From: Octopus sinensis
Taxonomy: Eukaryota
Assembly: GCF_006345805.1 (NCBI RefSeq)
Contig: NW_021826644.1
Coordinates: forward strand, 1 to 12,157
Direction of reading: 5' to 3'
Length of the DNA stretch: 12,157 nucleotides
Positions within the stretch are counted from its first letter, which is position 1. Each line of letters begins with the position of its first letter. Under the pieces are notes generated by a model. The model did no database searches and was not told the origin of the DNA. It saw only the letters and a list, made by a program, of their open reading frames with translations. The position numbers and the translations under genes are program-made. Of this stretch, positions 1 through 7,308 are shown in pieces.

Positions 1-203
1 TTGATCGAATTACAAGAGACGGGCTAACAATTCCAGTCTGTTATTATTTTGAGTATTGTTTATCACTAGCGATATCAAGATATAACTTTGTATTTTGTAT
101 TTTATGTGTAGATGTATATATATAGATGTACATGTAATATGTACACACATGTATACATGCACTAGACACATGACCCGGCAACGACGGCAATGAGTTTCAG
201 CTC

Positions 204-266
204 ATATATATTTATAATATATATATATATATATATTATATATAATATATATATATATATATATAT
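204..266. repeat. (TA)n microsatellite, imperfect
   Basis: Direct reading of the sequence; contains several single-base phase slips. Confidence 0.95.
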
Positions 267-269
267 GAA

Positions 270-503
270 TTGGGTTGGTCCATAATTATTGCGGCTTTTT
301 TTTCAATAAATTTTATCCAACGAAAACAATAACAATATGTAACAAAAATATCTTTAAATTATTATTCCGGAGCATATTCACCATCTACTTCAATTACTGC
401 TTCCCATTTACTTAGCAGACGGTCAGACCGTCATTTGAAGGTGTTTTTGGTAAATTAAATTGTTTTTGTTGAAGAAAAGCGGCAATAATTATGCACCAAC
501 CCA

Positions 504-504
<1 letters not shown>
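270..504 (-). mobile_element. Internally deleted mariner (Tc1/mariner) element, ~235 bp
   Basis: 30-bp TIRs: 270-299 TTGGGTTGGTCCATAATTATTGCGGCTTTT vs reverse complement of 475-504 TTGGGTTGGTGCATAATTATTGCCGCTTTT (28/30). They resemble the Hsmar1/MADE1-type TIR (TTAGGTTGGTGCAAAAGTAATTGCGGTTTT). A transposase C-terminal remnant lies inside. The flanking TA TSD is degenerate (AA left, TG right). Confidence 0.85.
362..430 (-). pseudogene. Mariner transposase C-terminal remnant
   Basis: Minus-strand translation RSDRLLSKWEAVIEVDGEYAPE* matches the mariner C-terminal pattern (..L..RW..V...NG.Y..). An in-frame stop lies immediately upstream (431-433). Confidence 0.8.
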
Positions 505-552
<48 letters not shown>

Positions 553-714
553 TGCGTGCGTGTGTGCGTGTGTGTGTTTGTTTGCGTGTGTGCATGTGTG
601 TAGGAGCATGTGTGTGTGTGCATGTGTGTGTGCGCGCGTTTGTTTGCGTGTGTGTGTTGTGTGTTTGTGTGCGCTTATGTGTCCGTGTTTATGTATGTGT
701 ATGTGTGTGTGTGT
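505..714. repeat. (TG)n-rich imperfect microsatellite
   Basis: Direct reading; source of ORFs 412-807, 491-829 and 504-776. Confidence 0.95.
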
Positions 715-1072
715 ATTACAAAGAAGTCTTAATTCAAACTCAGTTGCAAAATTTATTCGCACACATCGTTTTCTGAAGTTATCAACGACACACCAAAATA
801 TTGCCACAGTCCACCTTGAGATAATTTGAGTTACAGGTCATTTGACAGTCTTTACTCGATGATCTTAAGAGAAATTTCTTCCATGCCCAATGGAATCTGT
901 ACTGATGTACGAGTCCATTACTTGGACTTTCACCAAATGCTCGAATGCAAGGCTCGTTTGTGCTTGCACCCTCATGGCCTCTGAAAGACCGCATAAGATT
1001 TTGGGGGCCCAGGCTACAAAATACTAAACTGGAGACCCAATATAGTATTTAAGGTTCCCTGAAAAAAATTTG

Positions 1073-2148
1073 CTTTAGATGTATTTATTGCAAGAAGCAG
1101 CTAGGTTTCATTCTGTAACATTTTTACATAGTTCAACCTACGACAAGTTAATGTGTGAAAAACAAATAAGGAATTTGGAAAGAAGTTTCTATACTCCTTA
1201 CTCTTTTACTCTTTTACTTGTTTCAGTCATTTGACTGCGGCCATCCTGGAGCACCGCCTTTAGTCGAGCAAAACGACCCCGGGACTTATCCTTTGTAAGC
1301 CTAGTACTTATTCTATCGGTCTCTTTTGCCGAACCGCTAAGTTACGGGGACCTAAACGCACCAGCATCGGTTGTCAAGCGATGTTGGAGGTGGGGAGACA
1401 AACAGTCACACAAACATATACACACCACATAATATATATATACTATATATAATAATATATATATATATAATATATATATATATATCTATGCGACTTGCTT
1501 CTTTCAGTTTCCGTCTACCAATCCACTCCAGGCATTGGTCGGCCCGAGGCTATAGTAGAAGACACCCAAGGTGCCTCGCAGCGGGACTGAACCCGGAACC
1601 ATGTGGTTGGTAAGCAAGCTACTTACCACACGGCTATAGGGGTTCGCCAGAATGAAATGGTAAGCAAAGAAATCCATAGATAAAAACGGTTGAGAAACCC
1701 TGCTTTAGATGTATGTGTTGATATGTATTGCAAGAAACAACTTGGTTCTTTCTCTAACATTTTTACATACTTCAACCTACGACAAGTTAATGTGTGAATA
1801 ATGAAATAAAAATTCTATAAAGTTAGTTTTTAAACATTGAATGGGGGTTCACCAGAATAAAATTGTGATCAAAGGAGTCCATAGATTTAAAAAATGCTTG
1901 AGAACCCCTGCTTTAGATGTATGTATTGGTAGCTATCGCAAGGAACAGCTAGATTTCTTTCTCTAACATTTTTACATAGTTCAACCTACGACAAGTGACT
2001 GTGTGAAAAATAAAATAGGAATTTGGAAAGAAGTTTCTATGAAACTAGTTTTTAAACATCAAGTGGCTATAGGGGTTCGCCGGAATGAAGTAGTAATCAA
2101 AGGGGTTCATAGATAAAAAAAAAATGGCCGAGAACCCTTACTTTAGAC
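1073..2148. mobile_element. Three diverged ~210-230-bp tandem units derived from one end of a hAT (Charlie-like) non-autonomous element; unit 1 is interrupted by a SINE
   Basis: Units are 1073-1702 (with SINE), 1703-1910 and 1911-2140. Each starts CTTTAGAT and ends with a GGTTGAGAACCCCTG-like motif, the reverse complement of the Charlie-type TIR CAGGGGTTCTCAACC. The final flank is CTTTAGAC (2141-2148). Shared internal blocks include TAACATTTTTACATA(G/C)TTCAACCTACGACAAGT. No matching opposite TIR was seen. Confidence 0.7.
1192..1634 (-). mobile_element. tRNA-derived SINE, family A (copy A1), near full length
   Basis: Minus strand reads: head GTGTGGTAAGTAGCTTGCTTACC..GGTTCAGTCCC (A/B-box-like), GGCACCTTGGG, internal (TA)n at ~1430-1485, 3' module ..CAGTCAAATGACTGAAACAAG and an (AAAAGAGT)n tail. 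Homologous to A2-A6 in this window. Confidence 0.85.
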
Positions 2149-2159
2149 GGTGTGGTAGT

Positions 2160-2418
2160 CTTGGAATCTGTAATGCTATTAAAAAGAGACACATGGGTTT
2201 TGTAAAACGTTGCTGGAGAGTTAAGCAGGAACCGTGATGCACGGTTAGCTACACTTTGTCATGGATATACGTTCGTAGGCTGACCAGTAAAACTCATTTG
2301 CCAGTCCTATGTGGACAGATGATCGTTACTCTGCTGACCTCCCGAATACTATGCAGGAGAATCAAGATGAAAGGCGGGACAGAGTCCGGCAAATCTGATC
2401 AAACTCATCCATCTGGCA
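2160..2418 (+). mobile_element. Degenerate 3' end of an RTE-X/RTE-like LINE ORF
   Basis: Frameshifted peptides IKKRHMGFVKRCWRVKQE / HGYTFVG*PVKTHLPVLCG / ADLPNTMQENQDERRDRVRQI are collinear with the RTE-X C-terminal pattern as I recall it (IR.RRLRFAGHCWRSK.E ... HG.T.VGRP.KTY..QLC.DTG...DLP.AM.DR..WR.RV..IR). Confidence 0.6.
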
Positions 2419-2525
2419 ACGAGAAATAACACAGGAGATCAACATTACAAAGGCGCGAAGCTAAACACGGTAGAATGTCTAATTCGAACACGCGACCACG
2501 GTGTTTCTGCTTATTCTATAAAGAG

Positions 2526-2744
2526 TTTTACTCTTTTATCTTTTATCTTTTGCTTGTCTCAGTCATTAGACTACGGCCTTGCTGAAGCACCACCATGAAG
2601 AATTTTCATTCGAACAAATCGACCCTAGAGCTTATGTCTACTACATATTTTATCGGTCACTTTTGCCGAACCGTCACCGACACAGTAGTGAAGAACAAAT
2701 ACCAACACAGACACAAAGACACACACATACACACACACATTGTG

Positions 2745-2809
<65 letters not shown>

Positions 2810-3151
2810 TATACATATACATACATATCCCACGACTATTGCGGGTGTTACGTTCCAAAACCTACCGCGATAACTGAAAATCCGCGAAGTAGAACCGTAC
2901 TGTACTGTATATTTTTCTAAAATTACATATATTTATTTTATTATAAATGCAAAACAACTCCACAGAGGAATCGGCGTAAGCTTAAATAATAAACCGCGAT
3001 ATGTGGACCGCGATATTGCGACGGATAACTTTATGACAGACTTCTTTTAGTTACTCTACCAAAACCACTCACAAATCTTTGGTTAGCCCGAGGTAATCGA
3101 GGAAGACGATTGAGAAGGAAACATCTTACCACTCGACCACGCCTGCGCCTA
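2526..3151 (-). mobile_element. SINE family A (copy A2), diverged, interrupted by a Tigger-like MITE
   Basis: 3' tail (AAAAGAT)n and module at 2526-2700, internal CA/TA microsatellite at ~2708-2823, and 5' half at 3034-3151 (TAGGCGCAGGCGTGG..GTGGTAAG on minus) with an internal deletion. Confidence 0.75.
2824..3031. mobile_element. Tigger/pogo-like MITE
   Basis: The left end TCCCACGACTATTGCGGGTGTTACGTTCCAAAACCTACCGCGATAACTGAAAATCCGCGAAGTAG resembles Tigger-type termini. The right end ACCGCGATATTGCGACGGATAACTT is an imperfect inverted copy followed by TA (3032-3033). Confidence 0.55.
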
Positions 3152-3169
3152 TAGAATAGTGATTCAGCA

Positions 3170-3251
3170 TTGGCACCAGGTTTCAAGTTTGGTGAAGGAT
3201 GGACATATTGGATTAGACCGATCCAGTACTTGACTGATTCTTTACCTTATC
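3170..3251 (-). mobile_element. Highly degraded fragment of SINE family B
   Basis: TTGGCACCAGG..GATTAGACCGATCCAGTACTTGACTGATTCTTTACCTTATC resembles the reverse complement of the 3' half of B2/B4. Confidence 0.4.
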
Positions 3252-3379
3252 AATTAATCACTCGCTCTTTTTCGTCCTTCCTTCTTCCTCTGTATATCTC
3301 CTTTTTCTCTATCTCTTACTTCCTTTCTATCTATCTATCTCCCGTCTGTGTGCAGCCCTGTGTGGCTAATAAAGAAACA

Positions 3380-3486
<107 letters not shown>

Positions 3487-3886
3487 ATATCAAGTTTCCA
3501 TATGAGACAACCAGCATTGATGTATCATACACTGATTGACAGAAAACCTGGAATTCCATCCAGATATTCTTGACATTAGATTCTTAGCGATATTAGAAAT
3601 GGAGAAGATATTAAAAAAACATTTGCAAAAAAATAATAGGGTTGGGGCACAAAAAATTACTGGGATTCCAACGCCTTTTTTTTGCTTCTCCCATTTTGCT
3701 GGGAGTGGTTGGGCGATGTTAGTATTTAAAATTTTAGAAATTCTGTTAGTAAATAACAGATGCTATCAACCTAAATTCTTTAAGTTATTTCGAAAACGCC
3801 TAATTACCCTCTTTTAATTAGTAAACGTTATTTTAGTATTTCTGCCGATTACAAATATTTCAGAGAAACTAATTTAATTAATGGTG

Positions 3887-4055
3887 AGGAGAAGTCATGG
3901 GCGGGTGGTAAGACGCTTGCTTCCCAGCCTCCTGGTTCCAGGTTCAGTCCTACTGCGTGGCACCTTGGGCAAGTTTCTTCCACTGTAGCCTCGGACCGAC
4001 CAAAGCTTTGTGAGTGGATTTGGTAGAGTGAAACTGAAAGAAGCCCGTCATATAT
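3887..4055 (+). mobile_element. SINE family A 5' half (A3)
   Basis: GGTGGTAAGACGCTTGCTTCCC..GGTTCAGTCC..GGCACCTTGGGCAAGT..GAAACTGAAAGAAGCCCGTC, ending at the start of the TA tract. Confidence 0.85.
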
Positions 4056-4085
4056 TTCGGGGTCGAGAGATTAAGTACCAGTCGA

Positions 4086-4286
4086 GCGTGGTTGTGTGGT
4101 AAGAAGCTTGCTTTCCAAACACATCGCTTCGGGTTCAGTCCCACTGTATGGCATTTTAGGCAAGTGTCTTCTACTATAGCCTCAGGCCGACCAAAGCCTT
4201 GTGAGTGGATTTAGTAGATGGAACTGAAAGAAACCTGTCGTATATGTGTATATATATCTATTATATATATATATATTATATATATA

Positions 4287-4318
<32 letters not shown>
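4086..4318 (+). mobile_element. SINE family A 5' half (A4) with (TA)n tract
   Basis: GCGTGGTTGTGTGGTAAGAAGCTTGC..GGTTCAGTCCC..GAACTGAAAGAAACCTGTCG, followed by (TA)n at 4241-4318. The 3' module is absent. Confidence 0.85.
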
Positions 4319-4651
4319 CTTACATAAGGCCAAAGAGGGTACGGACGCCGCTATATATCATCTTCTAAATGTTTTACGTTCTTTTCCCAGTTTGTATTTT
4401 TCTACAAATCTTCTCACCATTAGATTTGCATGTGCTTCTAACGGTCTGTACATCTAGGATTACGAAGGCTCCCTACTGATGATTCTTGCCTTGGCAGATA
4501 AATTCTGTTTGTTTGCTAAAAATAGATGAAACCGTCGGTCTAGGATTAGCTGAGATGGTAAACGTTTTTAATTTTCATTCCTTTCATGAATTTATCCCTT
4601 TTTGTGTGTCTAGCACAGCACTTCTATATTAGGAAGCCTTTTATTGTATTT

Positions 4652-4857
4652 TCTCCTCTCTCTCTCTCTCTCCTCTATATATATATATATTATATATATA
4701 TATATATATATGTTGTGTGTGTTTGTGTGTGTGTGTGTGTGGTGTGTGTGTGTGTGTGTGTGTGTGCGTGCGTGTGTGTGTATGTGTGTGTGTGTGTATA
4801 TATTTAGATATATGTATGTATGTATATAATATATATATATATTATATATATATATTA

Positions 4858-4898
<41 letters not shown>

Positions 4899-5040
4899 TG
4901 TGTGTTGTGCGTGCGTGTGTGTGTATGTGTGTTGTGTGTATATATTTATATATACTTACATATATACTTATATATACTTATATTATTATATATAATATAT
5001 ATATATACTATATTTATATATCTATATATATTATATATAT
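4652..5040. repeat. Compound (CT)n/(TA)n/(TG)n microsatellite with an internal ~145-bp tandem duplication
   Basis: Marker motifs GTGGTG, TGCGTGCGTGTGTGTGTATGTGTG and GTGTATATATTTA each occur twice, ~142-150 bp apart. Confidence 0.85.
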
Positions 5041-5387
5041 AGGCGTGCCTGTGCGGTAAGAAGCCTGCTTCCTAACGACATGGTCCCAATGCGCGGCACT
5101 TTGGGCAAGTGCCATTTGCAATAGCCTCGGGCCGACCAAGCTTTGTGAGTAGATTTGGTAGACGGAAATTGAAAGAAGCCCGTCATATGTGTGTTTGTGT
5201 GTGTTTGTTTGTGTGTGCGTATGTGTGTATGTATGTATGTATGTGTGTGTGTTTTTGCATGTATGTATGTGTCTATGTATGTGTCTTATGTATGTATGTG
5301 TCTGTGTTTGTCCCCAACACCGCTTGACAACCGGTGTTGGTGTTTTTGGATCTCTGTAACCTAGCGGTTCGGCAAAAAGAAACCGAT
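5040..5387 (+). mobile_element. SINE family A (A5), 3'-truncated
   Basis: Head TAGGCGTGCCTGTGCGGTAAGAAGCC, internal TG/TATG tract, then CTTGACAACCGGTGTTGG..TAGCGGTTCGGCAAAAAGAAACCGAT, matching A1 in reverse complement. Confidence 0.85.
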
Positions 5388-5388
5388 C

Positions 5389-5499
5389 GCAGAACAACGT
5401 GAAATGAAGTGCCATGCTTAAAGAACACAACGCAACGGCCGGTCTAGGAATCGAAACCGCGATCTCGCAATCGTGAGTGCAACACCCTAACCACTAAGC
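5389..5499 (-). mobile_element. tRNA-derived SINE head, family C (related to the SINE at 7512)
   Basis: Minus strand GCTTAGTGGTTAGGGTGTTGCACTCACGATTGCGAGATCGCGGTTTCGATTCCTAGACCGG has A- and B-boxes and is collinear with 7524-7580. Confidence 0.75.
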
Positions 5500-5885
5500 A
5501 TTTATGGTCTTAACAGGAATGAATTTATCAAGTCTCAGTCTCTTGATGGAATTGTTGATTCTGCTTAGAACTGAAGTAACAACATTCTATGACTAAAACG
5601 TAATTTAAAACTCAACTCCTACATTGGTTTTGGGATGTGACATCTTATGAGAAAATATTAATTTTCTAGTTTAGTTCAAAGCCACGTAGAGTAAGAATTT
5701 CGTAATATCCACGCTTTTCTCCAGGGTATTAGCTACATAAACGTATCGAATTGGTGACATACTTAAACTGAAACCTATTCGTATCACTTGTAAATAAGCT
5801 TCGATTTTTTTTTAAAGGAAATATTGATTTTATTGGGCTAATAATAAAGTTGGATTTTCGTAAGCTCAGAGTATAGTCAATTAAA

Positions 5886-5969
5886 GGCCCCCGAGTGTAT
5901 TGTTGGTACTTGGTTTATCGACTTCCGGATGAATGAAAAGCTAACTTTGACTCTTGTAAGATTGAGACT
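5886..5969 (-). mobile_element. Degraded SINE family B central fragment
   Basis: GGTACTTGGTTTATCGACTTCCGGATGAATGAAAAGCTAACTTTGAC resembles the reverse complement of GTCGACTTTGCTTTTCATCCTTTAGGGGTCGATAGAATAAGT in B2. Confidence 0.55.
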
Positions 5970-6374
5970 ATCTAATATTATCTTCTTTGAAGACAAAATT
6001 ACTTACATTCTACACTCCACGTATTTGTTAATATCACTAAAGATTCTTCAGATTTAATCAATATTTCTCATATTTTTCTAACACTTCTGAGAATTTGTAT
6101 CATTGTAAGCTTTGAGACAAAAATATTTTAATAGCTTCTCTTTCACTTCTCTTAATTTATCAGCTTTGCAGTCACCGAGATTGCTTACTTTTCAATAATA
6201 GCAACAATTTAAAAGATACCTCGTATATTTCAACTATATCGTCATCTTATTTATATGTTTATTTCGATAGAAACAACATAAGCTTTTCAATTCTGAATAA
6301 CTAAATCTATTTAGTTTACTTAAATCACTTACGGCGAAGTGTTTATTGTGCGATAGTATTATTTAAAACTACAC

Positions 6375-6587
6375 GACACAGCGAGCTAGCAGAATCGTTA
6401 GCACGCCGGAAAAAATGCTTAGCGTAGCGTCTTTACGTTCTGAGTTCAAATTCCACCGAGGTCGACATTGCCTTTTATCGTTTCAGTGTCGATAAATTAA
6501 GTACTAATTGCGTACTGGGTCGATCTAATCGACTGGCCCGCTCCCCAAAAATTTCGGGCCTTATACCTAGGGTAGAAAAGAGTATTA
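6375..6587 (+). mobile_element. SINE family B (B1), tail type 1
   Basis: GCGAGCTAGCAGAATCGTTAGC (A-box-like), GAGTTCAAATTCC (B-box), central GTCGAC..GTCGATAAATTAAGTAC, tail TTTCGGGCCTTATACCTAGGGTAGAAAAGAGTATTATT. Confidence 0.85.
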
Positions 6588-6601
6588 TTTAAAAACTACA
6601 A

Positions 6602-6831
6602 GACACAGCGAGCTAGCATAATCATTAGTACGCCGGACAAAATGCTTAACAGCATTTCGATCGTCTTTATGTTCTGAGTTCAAATTCCACCGAGGTCGAC
6701 TTTGCTTTTCATCCTTTAGGGGTCGATAGAATAAGTCACTAGTTGAATACTAGGGTCGATGTAATCGATTTAACCCCGTCCCCAGTATTGCTAGCCTTGT
6801 TCCAGAATTTGGAACCATTATTATTATTATT
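6602..6831 (+). mobile_element. SINE family B (B2), tail type 2 with (ATT)5
   Basis: Same head and core as B1. Its tail ATTGCTAGCCTTGTTCCAGAATTTGGAACC(ATT)5 matches B4, not B1. Confidence 0.85.
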
Positions 6832-6926
6832 AAGTCGTCGAACTGGCAGAATCGCTTTCGCGTCGGACCAAATTCTTAGCGTCATTTCCTTTTGGCTCTT
6901 TACGTTCAGAGTTTAAATGCTGTGAG
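6832..6926 (+). mobile_element. SINE family B head (B3), truncated
   Basis: AAGTCGTCGAACTGGCAGAATCG..TTTACGTTCAGAGTTTAAAT begins immediately after the B2 (ATT)n tail. Confidence 0.7.
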
Positions 6927-6929
6927 TAA

Positions 6930-7237
6930 TAGGCACAGAAGTGGGTGTGGTGTGGTAAGAAGCTTCCTTCTCAATCACATGGTTCCGAGTTCAGTCCCGC
7001 TATGTGGCACCTTGGGCAAGTGTCTTCTACTATAGCCACGAGCCGACCAAAGCCTTGTGAGTGGATTTGAGAGACGGAACCTGAAAGAAACCCGTGGTGT
7101 ATATATGTAATGTTCATATGCTTGTGTATTGAGGGAGTTGATCATGTGAGCACGTGTTTTCTATGTGTGGGGTTCGCATAATGTATATATTTAATGCTCA
7201 CCTTCATATATATAGGTATACATATATGTAAGTGCGG

Positions 7238-7268
<31 letters not shown>

Positions 7269-7308
7269 TACACACACGTGTGTGCATATATGTATGTGTG
7301 TCTGTGTG
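6930..7308 (+). mobile_element. SINE family A (A6) 5' half with a degenerate microsatellite
   Basis: TAGGCACAGAAGTGG..GTGTGGTAAGAAGCTTCC..GAGTTCAGTCCC..GGCACCTTGGGCAAGTGTCTTCTACTATAGCC..CTGAAAGAAACCCGT, then a mixed TA/CA/TG tract. Confidence 0.8.

Noticed and set aside
160-203. ACTAGACACATGACCCGGCAACGACGG resembling a Helitron terminus
   Set aside because: Too short and imperfect, and no partner end was found.
412-829. ORFs 412-807, 491-829 and 504-776 (HT/CV-rich, 90-131 aa)
   Set aside because: Translations of the (TG)n tract; no real protein signal.
782-994. 70-aa minus-strand ORF and 93-aa ORF 3536-3817 in unique-looking DNA
   Set aside because: No recognisable domain or splice context; lengths are compatible with chance.
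1073-2148. CRISPR-like or prokaryotic repeat array
   Set aside because: Units are >200 bp, diverged and lack unique spacers, and the context is eukaryotic.
4320-4520. Possible exon (splice-like sites on both strands; short peptide MYRPLEAHANLMVRRFVEKYKLGKERKTFRR on minus)
   Set aside because: All frames are interrupted by stops and there is no recognisable homology. RNA-seq would be needed.
5990-6200. Minus-strand GTAAGT donor with a K/E-rich upstream frame
   Set aside because: No frame stays open to the donor over a convincing length, and no motif was recognised.
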